Shown here one piece after another: positions 1 to 11,510 of a DNA stretch of 64,000 nt. Position 1 is the first letter of the stretch, and each line of letters begins with the position of its first letter. Below the pieces are notes generated by a model. It saw only the letters and a list, made by a program, of their open reading frames with translations, was not told the DNA's origin and searched no databases. Origin of the DNA: the human T2T-CHM13v2.0 reference genome, Homo sapiens. Position numbers and translations under genes: made by a program. The stretch is from NCBI RefSeq assembly GCF_009914755.1, contig NC_060940.1; one strand, written 5' to 3'.

Positions 1-106
1 ACACCCTGACTTGATCATTATGCATTCTATGCATGTAAAAAAATACTCAAAGTTACCCCATAAACGTGTAAAATATTAAGTGTTAACAAAAGAAATGAAA
101 AAAGAA
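1..106 (+). mobile_element. L1MA-type LINE 3' end
   Basis: accctgacttgatcattatgcattc...taccccataaac motif of L1MA 3' ends, followed by an A-rich tail. Confidence 0.75.
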
Positions 107-107
107 A

Positions 108-386
108 GCCAGATGCAGTGGCTCATGCCTGTAATCCCAGCACTTTGTAAGGCTGGGGTGAGAAGATTGCTTGAGCCCAGGAGTTTAAGACTAGACCAGG
201 CAACAAACCAAGAACCGATATCTACCAAAAATTTAAAAATTAGCCGGGCGTGGTGGCATGCATTGCACTTGTAGTTACAGCCACTTGGGAGGCTGAAGTG
301 GAAGGATCTTTGGAGCCAGGAGTTCAAGTTTGCAGGGAGTTATGCCACTGCACTCCAGCCTGTCTCAAAAAAAGAAAAAGAAAAAA
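108..386 (+). mobile_element. AluJ SINE
   Basis: Dimeric Alu with J-type 'gattgcttgagcccaggagtt' and A tail. Confidence 0.9.
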
Positions 387-914
387 CAGTATTTAGTTTA
401 GTGATTGTCTTTCCAGGGTTATTTGGTTTGAACTAACAAATGCATTTTAACTATGGCCAAATTATTGACTCCCTGAGCCATAATTTACAATGTGATTTTC
501 ATTTGATTGAACTTTACAAGGCTGCAGGATTTGGAATCCAAAATGTCAAAACCTACCATCTGCCTATGTGTTTTGAAGACAACAAGACAGTGAATGCTTT
601 GGGTTGTGTTTCCTTATGACATGAGAACTGCTCACTCTCTTCTTATGCCTCTTCATTGTCTGAAGATGGAAACTGTGCTCTTGTAGAAGGTAGATGAATT
701 TATGAGTCCAACGGGCTGAATCTAGATGCAAGGCTAAGCAAGATCTCTTTATTATCATTAAGATTAATAAATTATAACAATGGCTGCTAACATACATTGA
801 GGACTAACTTTGGACTAGACAGTTTGCTAAATACTTCCTGTGGACTCAATTAACCATCGAAATAACTGTATGAGTTTGGAACTCTTATCACTTAAATTTT
901 CTAAATATGACAGG

Positions 915-1030
915 CTAGTCACAGAGAAATCAATTAACTTGTCTGAGGTCACATAAATAGAAGTTACGGATTTGGATTTGAAATTAGGAACATCTAACGC
1001 CAGTGCCACGGCCAAGCATTTAATCTGTTA
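915..1030 (-). mobile_element. MIR fragment
   Basis: taacttgtctgaggtcacata...ggatttgaa matches the reverse MIR core. Confidence 0.6.
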
Positions 1031-1239
1031 CCATATTACTGCTACTTTTCTACATAGTCCACATATTAGAATTCAGTCAAGAAATGGTTGAGATATTTGA
1101 AACCATTTGTCATAAGTGATGGGGCCTATGAAATTTTCAAGGTATCATATTTGAAGTATATTTGCTTGACTCATGAGTCATTTCAGTCACAGCATAGAAC
1201 AAAATGGGAAGGATGACACTGGGCAACACATCTCTTTCC

Positions 1240-1378
1240 TCATTCCTACTCTTTCTAGTTATGTGAACTTACGCAATTCCCTTGACCTTCTTGGACTGCA
1301 GTTGGCCTCATCTTTATAAATGAAGAGACTAGACTAAACTATGTCTAATTCCTTTCCAAGTCTGACCTTCTGTTTCTA
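1240..1378 (+). mobile_element. MIR/MIR3 fragment
   Basis: MIR core (cctcatctttataaatgaag) plus MIR3-like tail (ccttccaagtctgac-like). Confidence 0.55.
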
Positions 1379-2702
1379 CAAAACCATATCCTTTATATTC
1401 ACACAGGGACAAAGACATAAAAATAATAGTAAAATAAATGTGTGTAAATACCCTTACAGATTTGCTAACCTTGCACTCCCTGAATAGCATCTTCATTGCA
1501 TTGCCTGAAATATCATCATGCATTTTTTCCCCTCAGCCCTTTTTGACACTTGCTAATTAGAAAAAAAAAATGCCATTCTAAGTGAAAGGGGCCTCTTCAT
1601 CTTCCACTTCACTGTATGACTCCTGGGCTCAAAGAAACATTTTTATGGGCATTTTTTAATATGCTACTGTTTTAACTTCTTGACCTTGTCTTGGGCACTT
1701 TATTTTCTGTCTTCAGCTCCAATATTCATTAGTAACACTGTGACAAAAAAGAATATGAATGGCATTAGGAAATTGAGCCCTACTCAAGCTAAGAAAACTA
1801 TGCTAATGCTCACACATTGAAACAGAGCAAAGACGTTTGATGTTTCTATACCAAGGGCTGGTTTCAAATGATTGTAAAAATGTGCTGAGACTTTTCATGT
1901 GAACAGTACGTTTAAAGACAAACTCATTTTTAAAAATAACAATAAATGTGGAGCTTACTTCTCCACCCCAAGCTAGAACTTCATTATGGGCCAAATATAT
2001 TATTGGGACTGGTATGGAGCATGACATACTAAATGTTCTGACCATTGTAACATATGCATAGATAATATATGGCTCATACAACTTTCATAACCCTCTCTGC
2101 TGATTCTCTTCTAATATCTCTCTAAAGACATCTGTGGTATCATTCTTCATTTATTTTGCATGCTGCTTTCACCCATTGTGGATAAACATGAATATAAAAT
2201 TCTAGAAGTACGAATAGTTATATTTGCTGATGCTTGGTGAGGTTTTAATAAAATATACATGACACCAGTGGTATGTATCTGGGAGTTATATGGCAGTGAA
2301 GAAATCCAGAGATAATTATAATCTTTTATGCTGATGGAGGAATTAGCACCTCAGTAATAAGCAATGTGAAGTAGCATAGACAGAGTTTTCTATTCGCCCT
2401 TGAACCATTTGATGTGAATGCAAATAACTAACACATATAATTCTATTTTTTATGGCCCTATTCAGGAAAATAAATCTAGATGGAAAGAAAAGAGGGCACT
2501 TGTATAAGTTTAGTGGAGAAAATCCTCAAGCTAGTTAATAATTGTTGCCTGCATCTTTCACCTGAATACAAGGGTTTCAAAAATAAAGTCTATTTGGTGG
2601 CTTAACAAAGAAATTCACTTCCTTTCACTACTCCACCAGTGTCTTTCAGTCTTGTGTATAAAAGAAAACTCCTGGTTTACCATGAACTACATTCTTTGAA
2701 GG

Positions 2703-3088
2703 CATCTTATTCCATTTTGTACTGCTATAACAGAATATCTGAAACTGGGTAATTTATAAAGAAAAGAAGTTTATCATCTCACAGATCTAGAGGCTGGGAA
2801 GTTCAAGATCAAGGTACTAGTATCTGGTGACAACCTTCTTTCCCATCTTCACATGGTGGAAGATAGAAGGGCAAGAGAAAGCTAATGCTGTGTCCTCACA
2901 TAAAAGAAGAGCAGAGAAGGGAGAACTCACCACTGCAAGCTCTTTTTATAGAGACATTAATCTATTCAAGAGAGCAGAGCCCTCATTAGCTAAACACCTC
3001 CCAAAAGGCCACACCTCCCAATACTGTTGTATTGGGGGTTAAGTTTCAACAAAAGTTTGGAGGGAACAAAAACATTCAAATCATAGCA
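2703..3088 (-). mobile_element. MaLR solo LTR (MSTD/MLT1A-like)
   Basis: ctgctataacagaatatctgaaactgggtaatttataaag...acattcaaatcatagca; candidate 5-bp TSD gaagg/gtagg. Confidence 0.85.
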
Positions 3089-3907
3089 GTAGGTTATTTA
3101 TTGATGCTGCCTAGATTTCTTGAATTTGTAAAATTAAATCAAATGCACACGTATAATTTGTGACTTCAGAGATACAAGGGCCATTTCCAGTGACAGACAT
3201 TTCCAGTTTGGTGAAGATTAAGACGTCTGAATCATTACACAAGACCATGCTTACAGCACTTAGCAGACCAGGAATAAATGAAGTCTTTGCATTGGGAAAA
3301 GAGATCATTGTATCATAAAATCTGGCGAGGTATACAGTGCCATGTTAACAGTGGTTGCTTTTGTGTCTTCAGCATTTTTTTCATATTTGATACAGTTGCT
3401 CTATAACTTTCTATAACAAATTTACAAAAATCACAAAGTCTATTAAAAACAAGTTAACAAAATTAATGATGGCTTTGTGCCAGTAAGTGTATCTTTCTTT
3501 CATTGCTCAACTCTGAAAAACTGTGAGTATGTGGTATGCTATTCATTGACATGTATAAAATAAAAATACATAGTATGTACCATGTACCAGATACTGAAGA
3601 AGGTCTATGTGTGAATTAACTTGTATCGGTATGGTATTTCTGAAAAATAGTCCTTATTTTCCTGTATTTCTGGTAAAAAAAAAAAAACAGAGATTCAGAA
3701 ACTGTGTAACTTGTAAGCAGCAGAAAAACTAGATCTATTAAAATCTGTGATCAATCATTTTCAACATTCTTTTTTATTTTTTTCTTAGAGGACACTCAAG
3801 AGCATGCTCTACTGATGTACCCTTCTATGGGTAACTCAAGGCCATAGTGTGACCAGAAATATTTAAGTCGCTTTTGCAGTTCATTTTCATTTCAGGGGAA
3901 GCTTGCT

Positions 3908-3931
3908 CTTTCTTTTTTTTTTCCTTCTTTC

Positions 3932-4000
<69 letters not shown>

Positions 4001-4069
4001 TTTCTTTCTTTCTTTCTTTCTTCTTTCTTTCTTTCTTTCTTTCTTCTTTCTTTCTTTCTTTCTTTTTTT
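3908..4069. repeat. (TTTC)n/(TTC)n microsatellite grown from the Alu tail
   Basis: ~160-bp pyrimidine tetranucleotide array lying inside the TSD. Confidence 0.95.
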
Positions 4070-4335
4070 GATGGAGTCTCACTCTGTCATGCAGTGGCGT
4101 GATCTCAGCTCACTGCAACCTCTGCCTCCTGGGTTCGAGTGATTCTCCTGCTTCAACATCCTGAGTAGCTGGGATTACAGACGCCCACCACTGCACCCGG
4201 TAAATTTTTGTATTTTTGGTAGAGAGGGGGTTTCACCATCTTGGCCAGGCTGGTCTTGAACTCCTGACCTCGTGACCCACCCGCCTCAGCCTCCCAAAGT
4301 GCTGGGATTACTGGCATGAGCCACCGTGCCTGGCC
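3908..4335 (-). mobile_element. AluS SINE with expanded tail
   Basis: Reverse Alu ending tggcc at 4335; 16-bp TSD tcaggggaagcttgct (3892-3907) / tcaggtgaagctttct (4336-4351). Confidence 0.93.
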
Positions 4336-4771
4336 TCAGGTGAAGCTTTCTAACCAATGTTACTTTATGTTATTGTATTTCTTTAACATTTTTACACTGA
4401 AATCTATTAACTGGGGTCGGCCATATGATTGTGGTGGATGGCACACCACTTGCAATTTTGGTCATCTAGTACTGGCTTACCAAATAATGATGGAGGAGAT
4501 TTTTAAAAATCAATGCATCCCATTATTATTAAGTCAATTCTGCCTCTTATAACTTTAATATTTCACTCCTAAGTATATTATGTGGAATCACATAAATGTC
4601 TCTTGCATGGGATAAATATTTTGTTCTATTGCAGTATTTAAATGTTTTAACCATGACCCTCACCAGCTCAGATACTCTCAGGGTGTCTAACATGGAGATA
4701 AGCAGACGTAATTTATGTGTCTCCTCCTGAATAATGGTTTTTGCATCCTCACCCCCTTGTTAGCAGAAAGG

Positions 4772-4990
4772 TAGAGCAATAGCTAAAAGTGTGGGCTCGA
4801 AGGTTGACCCAACTGGCCTGTAGCCTGGCTCTGCCATAATGGCTCTGTGACCTTTGGAAAATGACTTACCTCTGTTTACCTCCCTGCTTCATTGTAAAAG
4901 AGAGACTAAACTATGGCAATTGCCTTGCAGAGCTGTTGTTAAAACAATGAAATAAAGTAATTTACAGGACATATATGTACTTGGTATGCT
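4772..4990 (+). mobile_element. MIR
   Basis: cctggctctgcca...tgtgacctttggaaaatgactta...cattgtaaaa. Confidence 0.7.
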
Positions 4991-5430
4991 CATTGTTCAT
5001 ATTTTTACTATTGTTGCTTGCCTTTACACGTAGTTTTGATTGTCAAAAACCAACATAAAGCAAGCAACCTTTGAAAGTGTAGCACCACTTCCATCTCAGA
5101 GTGTTCTTTAAAACCATCTTGATCAGGGAGTATTACATATTATTGGAAGAAAAGGTAAAAATTGAATTGGGTATCTACCCTCTGTACTCTCTGTCCTCAG
5201 CCCACTGTACATGGTACAATGAGAACACTTATAGAAAGTGTTGCAGTTTCTGTTCTCTGCTATAGCTATTCAACTCTGAGCCCTTTCAGAGTTGGAACTG
5301 TATCTTTTTTCTATTCCCACACGAAGTACTTGTTATACCAGTTGAAAATATTGAATAAGTATGTAATTGTTATAATTGATAGGGTCTGGTATAATCAGAA
5401 GAAGAAATTAAAACAAAGTCACAATCTCTA

Positions 5431-5500
5431 GGGTCCCCTTGACCAAAAGGAAGATCCATTTGGTCAGTTTTGGGGCTTAGCATTTTATTTTTGATTTACA
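5431..5500 (-). mobile_element. MER4-group ERV1 LTR 5'-end fragment
   Basis: Reverse complement begins tgtaaatcaaaaataaaatgctaagccccaaaactgacc. Confidence 0.65.
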
Positions 5501-5552
5501 AAGTACCAAGAAGAACTGTCTTCAGCCAACTGTTATGAGCAAAGTCCCTCAA

Positions 5553-5720
5553 ATTGTTGATTGTAATAAGCAATGATGTATTTATTTTTACCTGAAAATG
5601 TTGAGTTAATTGTAAGGTAGGAGAGTGCTAGAATGATAAGCAGTAATAATGTAGTACTAAATAGTTTGATTTTTTTTTTACATTTCTCATGTTGCACTTT
5701 TATGAAACAACCTACACCAC
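5553..5720 (+). repeat. Local direct duplication pair A, copy 1
   Basis: ~90% identical to 7974-8145 by hand alignment; first 41 bp identical. Confidence 0.95.
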
Positions 5721-6060
5721 GGCTGCTACTTTAAAATGCAAAGCATGTGTCTCATTAACAAAATCGAATTTGAAGCAAACCAAGGCCTTTTATTTCTTGA
5801 GTCAGCAAACTATTTTGGGGTAAATGAGGCTTTTGGTGGGAAGTGCAAAAAACATTTCTGAGAATCAAAGTCTATGATCATTTTATTTTTTCTTTGTATA
5901 ATTCAAAGGCTGAATTTGATTACTTATTCAACTAATAAGTTAAAAGTAGTGCAGTACATTTTAAATGTGACATAGACTCAGATGAAGAGATATCAACCTG
6001 CACAGAATTGCTGTAAATCACATGCTGCTGTGTTTAGTTCAGCAGTTCTGTGTTTATACC

Positions 6061-6160
6061 TTGCCTTACTCTGTTCAGGCTGCTGTAACAACATATCATA
6101 GACTGGGGGTGTTTATAAACAATATACATTCATTCTCACATTTCGGGAGGCTGGAAAGTC
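6061..6160 (-). mobile_element. MLT1A-type LTR fragment (truncated)
   Basis: gttcaggctgctgtaacaacatatcatagactggg...ggaggctggaaagtc, then an abrupt join to L1. Confidence 0.75.
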
Positions 6161-7120
6161 ATCAAAATTAAAAACCCAAACTCTGTGAAATAGCCTTTTA
6201 GCTGGATAAAACAAGAAAGTAAATACCAGAAGAAAATATTTGCAAATCATACATCTGACAAGAAGGTGTGAGGAAGTCTCCAAACACAACTGTATTATTT
6301 AAAGGAAAAAAAATGATTACAAAATAAACCAAAGACATAGAACAGGCGTTTCATCAAAAAAGAGGACATAAAAGATGGCAAATAAGTAGATGACAATATC
6401 TTAGTTATATCATGGGAATGTAAATTAATATCATAGTGAGACAGGTCACATTCATCAGAATGCCTTAAACAAAATATCAGAAAAGAATCAAAGGCTGGTG
6501 TGGTTCTGGGGAAACCAGGTCACTCGCATATTGGTGAAGGTCATATATAATGGTCCAGCCACTCTGGAAAACAGTGTGGCCTTTTCCAGACAACAACAAA
6601 CAAGCAAACAACGATGTCCAAGTACCCTACAAACAAGCAACTCAAACACCCCAGCATTTATTCCCAGAGAAACGAATGCATTGTGCAGTAAACGGTTGAC
6701 ACAGCAGGTTTGCCATGTTCAGAACCTGAACATTCCAAAGACAGGTCTGGCCTTACTTGGCTCCTAGAAGTTAATGCATACATCTTTAGAATACCATGAC
6801 TGTTCCTGATAAGAGTGTCCTCCGGTAACTGGGGTCTTAGGCAGTTATGTCAGTAACAGTGACCTACAGTGGGCACTTTGGGCTCTGGGGTACGTGTTTG
6901 ACCTTTGGGGGAGTCAGCTTCATGGAGTTCTGTGAGTCCTTCTAGTCATCTCATTGGTAGGTATTCTGGAGGACACTATCCCTGACATAACAGCCTTTAC
7001 ATTCATCCTAGACATTAATATTCTCTTGTCTATATTGCATATATTGCTTATAGCCAAAAACCAGAGTGTTGCTTACAGCCAAAAACCAGAAACAACTTCT
7101 CAGATGTACTTCAAGGAGCA
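6161..7120 (+). mobile_element. Old L1M ORF2 3'/3'UTR fragment, split by MER21
   Basis: agaaaatatttgcaaatcatacatctgacaag; ccactctggaaaacagt; gcatttattcccagagaaa; agccaaaaaccagaaacaac. Confidence 0.75.
6682..6987 (+). mobile_element. MER21-type LTR (internally deleted)
   Basis: Starts tgtgcagtaaacggttgacacagcagg; cctgataagagtgtc; ends gagttctgtgagtccttctagt...cctgaca. Confidence 0.7.
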
Positions 7121-7224
7121 AGATTGAGAGTAGTAGGTTTAGGCATTTTCTTTTTCAAGGAGTGGGTGTATGTGTTTTCCTTCACAGGAGTTCAGCAATA
7201 AACAATGATTACTACCTAATGCAC

Positions 7225-7350
7225 TGGACCATAAGCTCCAAAAGGAAGGGTACGTTTTTTGTTGTTGATGTTGTCTTCTATCTGGATGAGTGTTGTATCA
7301 TCACACTCTAAAATAGTGTAGAAGTTTAATAAATATTTGCTGTGTAAATT
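7225..7350 (+). mobile_element. L2 3' end
   Basis: ctggaccataagctcc...taataaatatttgctg. Confidence 0.55.
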
Positions 7351-7973
7351 GTATTGGACAGAGCACCTTTTTATGTGAAAGCTGAGATTATTATATTAAT
7401 TTCAGACAGAGATGTTAATAACCCTTTACTCCTATTTTAAAGTAAAAAATCACAATAATTCTATTATTCTAAATATACAGTCTTTTATTGGCTTTTCAAC
7501 ATGTTTAAGCAGTTTTAATAGGTTAGGGACGTGCTCTCTTTCATGTCATACACTGGAAAACGCCTGCTACTTACACATTCTCTTTGTGTGGTGACTTTAC
7601 AAAACACCCTGAACAAAAGCAACTTCCAGGCTAAGAGTTATTTGACTATTGGGAAAGAATGATTCCAGAAGTCTTTTGGAAGACTTTTCTCCAATAGTTT
7701 AGAAAGCTTTCAAGTAAACACATAATAAAGAGGGGTTGTAATAGGATCTCAGGTATATAATACATTCAATTGAGCATAATATCAATATTAACTCTTTACA
7801 TATTATGATTAATTGAAATGTTGTATTAATTTACACATGCTCCCATACTTACACACTAATTTATATAAGTTATTACACCAAGAACTGGTCTTTCCTAATA
7901 AATGAGAACTCTACTACTAAAAATTTATCCATACATTTAAAAAAGATGTGTGTGTACATATATGTATGTACAT

Positions 7974-8145
7974 ATTGTTGATTGTAATAAGCAATGATGT
8001 ATTTATTTTTACCTAAAAATGTTGAATTAATTATAGGGTAGGAGAGTGCTAGAATGGGAAGAAGTAATAATGTAGTACTAAATAAATCATTTGATTCTTT
8101 TTTTACATTTTTCACATTGCATTTTTATGGAACAACCGACACCAC
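7974..8145 (+). repeat. Local direct duplication pair A, copy 2
   Basis: Matches 5553-5720; flanked on both sides by TA/CA microsatellite. Confidence 0.95.
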
Positions 8146-8288
8146 ACACATATACACACATACACATATATATACACATATATATGTATGTGTACATACA
8201 CATATATACACATATATATGTATGTGTATATATACACATCAGCTAATACACACACACACACACAAACACACACACAAACACACACACA
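8141..8288. repeat. (TA/CA)n compound microsatellite
   Basis: Direct reading. Confidence 0.9.
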
Positions 8289-8594
8289 GTTGGCCTTTAC
8301 ATTCATGGGTTCCTCATCAGCTAATTCCACCAACATTGGATTGAAAATATTCTAAAAGCTATTAAATCTGTACTAAACATGCACCGATTTTTTCCCTTGA
8401 CATTATTCCTTAAGCTATAGAGTATAGCAACTATTTACAAAGCGTTTACATTGTATTAGATATTATAAGTAGTCTAGAGATGATTTCAAGAATACAAGAG
8501 GTTGTGTGTAGGTTATATGCAAATACTACACCATTTGATATCAGAGGCTTGATCCTCCTGGAAATAATCCCTCATGGACACCCAGAGACCACTA
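8287..8594 (-). mobile_element. MER2 (Tigger-family DNA transposon)
   Basis: cagttggcc...tctagagatgatt...taggttatatgcaaatactacaccatt...gaccacta. Confidence 0.88.
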
Positions 8595-8606
8595 TATATA
8601 TACATA

Positions 8607-8664
<58 letters not shown>

Positions 8665-8690
8665 TATATACATATGTATATATATATATG
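8593..8690. repeat. (TA)n/(CA)n microsatellite
   Basis: Direct reading. Confidence 0.9.
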
Positions 8691-9659
8691 CATGAGTTAA
8701 AAATTTAAAGGCCCTTTTATTGTATTGTATTAACTTAATTGCAAAATATTCCGATTTAAAGCGCAAACTCTAATGATCATTCAATTATAAACATTGCTAT
8801 TACTTAAGCAAGAGAATTGCTTGATATTAGATTTTAACTTAGTATAAAATAAGGAAATTTAAGTGATGAAAAAGCCTATCTTTGAAAAGGCAAAGTTGTG
8901 TAGATTAATAAAATTATATAAGAGGTACTTTAGTCTCCTCAGAAGGATATTAAAAGGAAAATACATATTATTAACTGATTTAGAAACAGCTAAAATGGAA
9001 CTTCTTAAATAGTAATTGCTGCTTTAACATGCTTGGAGGACTCCGGGAATATAAAGTACGAACAGTTGATTTCCAGTGTGGACATTTGTCCCCAGTATGA
9101 GCTTTGTGGCAAGAAGTCACATTCATTGTCTCCAGTCACAATCGTTGTGAGTGTTATGCTCAGAGACCGTTGACCCACACTGTTCCATGTTGCATGCCTG
9201 GCAAGCTGGCATATGTCTGTTACTGCAGAGTGGGTGGTGCTGCAGCGGCAGCCGTGCAGTAACTATGGATGCAATTTCCCAAAGCATACATTTTACTAAC
9301 AGATTTGAGAGAAAACTAATGTTTTCTATGTTTAAACTGACACGGCCTTATTGTAAGTGGAATACAAAATATGCATGAAGTTTTCAAATAAATCCAGAGA
9401 CTTAAAAGAAGTTTTACTTTTCTTGTTGGTTGAGAGCCTCTGGAGGTTCTCATTCACTCCCCTCTGCTATTAGAATAATTCAGTGGGAAAGTTTGTGAAA
9501 TACTGCACCATCGAGTCTTTGATAGTCTACATTAAATAAAAATGAATTTCTGTCAAGATGACAGCTATGCATATTCTATAGACTCTTGTTTATTCCTCTT
9601 TCCTCAAGGCCGGGTCTAGCCCAAATTTTGGCTGGGAGAACTTGGTATGCAGGGAACTC

Positions 9660-9812
9660 ATTTCCTTTTCTTCCTCGGCTTCTCCCTCCCTGACTTTGTC
9701 TCTTCCTGTTTCCTCTACTTTTCTTATTTCTTACTATTTCTCCTACTTCTTCCTTTTTCTCTCTTCCTTTACCCTTCTCCCTATCTCCCAGCTCATTCTT
9801 CTGTTCTTCTTT
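9660..9812. repeat. CT-rich low-complexity tract
   Basis: Strong pyrimidine bias on the + strand. Confidence 0.7.
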
Positions 9813-10350
9813 CAAATATTTATTAGGAGTCTCTTATCTTAGGTACAGTGATAAACACTGTGGTTATAAAGATGGAAGATAGGAGAGAAAGAATTGGAGC
9901 ATTCTGCTTTAAGCTCCAGATAATTATACTTATTTTTTCAGAACTATGTCACTAGTGCCTTCTATGATATCTAGCCTATATAAAATGCTCAATAAATATT
10001 TATGAATAAACAAATCAAAGAATGCATAAGGGAATGTAATAAAGTAATTACAAGTAAACAAGTTTTAATAATGTCTGCTTTTTATTTAATCTTATTACTT
10101 GAGTCTTACACTCACTGATAAGTAAGAAAAGTGGAAAAACTAAGGCGCAAACTCAGGTGTCATGGTACTGCTTCCTGGAGAATATCTAGCATTGAAGCTT
10201 TGTCTTGTCTTCAGTGAAGACCAAGGAGTCTGGCAAGAATAAAAGAAAGGAAATAACATTCTGTGCAGAGTAAAGGACACATTCAAAAATAATAAGGCAG
10301 AAAATGGCATAGCATGTTCAAGAGATGTTAAAACTATTTCAACATGACTA
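9810..10350. mobile_element. L2 fragments (both orientations)
   Basis: caaatatttatt..ttaggtacagtg (reverse 3' end); atgctcaataaatatttatgaataaa (forward 3' end). Confidence 0.55.
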
Positions 10351-10843
10351 GTGCAAACCACCCTGTCACACCAGAGGGATGTTTGGGAGTAAGAATAGTT
10401 TGCTTGGTAGAAATCATGAAAAATAAATATTTTGACAAACAGAACAAAGTGACCTTATATATTATCTCAAGTGCTTTTGAATTTTCCTTCTCAGACATTT
10501 CTTATCCTTGATGCTCATTTAATTTTTCCAAACATGCTTTCACAGGGTAATAAACCAATTACCTTGTTCACACTTTTAAGTTGGTAACAATAGCTGAAGC
10601 AGAGGATTCAGAATTAAATTCCAGCAATACTTCAGGTTATATTAGTGTGTGAGACTTCTGGGCACAATTTTTGGAAAGAGTGTTTGGTGATTTCAGTGCT
10701 CATGAACCTGCTTAAAAGGATTCAACTCCATCTGGTTGTTTCCATCAGGGATATGAGTAAAGTATTATTAGACGCTTTCATTTTTCAGAAGACAAGATAT
10801 CAATGCCTGAATATAAAATATAAAAAGTTAAATGTTGATCAAC

Positions 10844-11321
10844 TGTATTGGTTTTCTATTACTTTTGTAACAAATCACCACAAACTTGGTAACTTAAAAC
10901 ACACTTATTAACTTATAGTTCTGTAGGTCACAAGTTTGACATGGGTCTCATTGGCTAAAATCAAGGTATTAAAAGGACTACATTTTCTCTTGCATTCTGC
11001 AGGCTCTAGGGAAGAATCCATTTTCTTGGTCTTTTCTTGTTCTAGATGCCACTCACTTTTCTTGTCTCATATCCCCCTTCCTCTGTCCTCAAAGCTAGCA
11101 ACATTGCATCTTTCTAAACCTTCCTTCTGCAATGGCATCACCAACTGACTACAGCTAGAAAAGGTTCTCCACTTTCAAAGACTTATGGATTAGATGGTCC
11201 ACCTGATTAATTCAAAATAACACGTGCAAAGTTTTTGGCAATGAAAGGAAATGTATTCACAAGTTCCTGAGATTAGGACTTGAGCATCTTGAGGGGTGGG
11301 GTTTGAAATTTGTCTACCACA
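10844..11321 (-). mobile_element. MLT1D-like MaLR solo LTR
   Basis: tgtattggttttctatt..gtaacaaatcaccacaaactt...ggctaaaatcaagg...ctaccaca. Confidence 0.85.
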
Positions 11322-11510
11322 CGAGTTTATGTGTTAGTACATGTGTTTTTATTATTGTGTAAGTCAATACCAAGAGGAAGGGGAAACAAACAAATAAACA
11401 AGCAACATAACAATAAAAAACTACTGTCAGATACAAAGTGTTTATAAAGCCAAACTTTATTCATTTCTGATAGGTCAATATTTTCACTTTTTTTTTTTAA
11501 AGAAAGCCCA

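Noticed and set aside
3825-4142. K/E/R-rich and F/L/S-rich ORFs
   Set aside because: Translations of the (TTTC)n array and Alu
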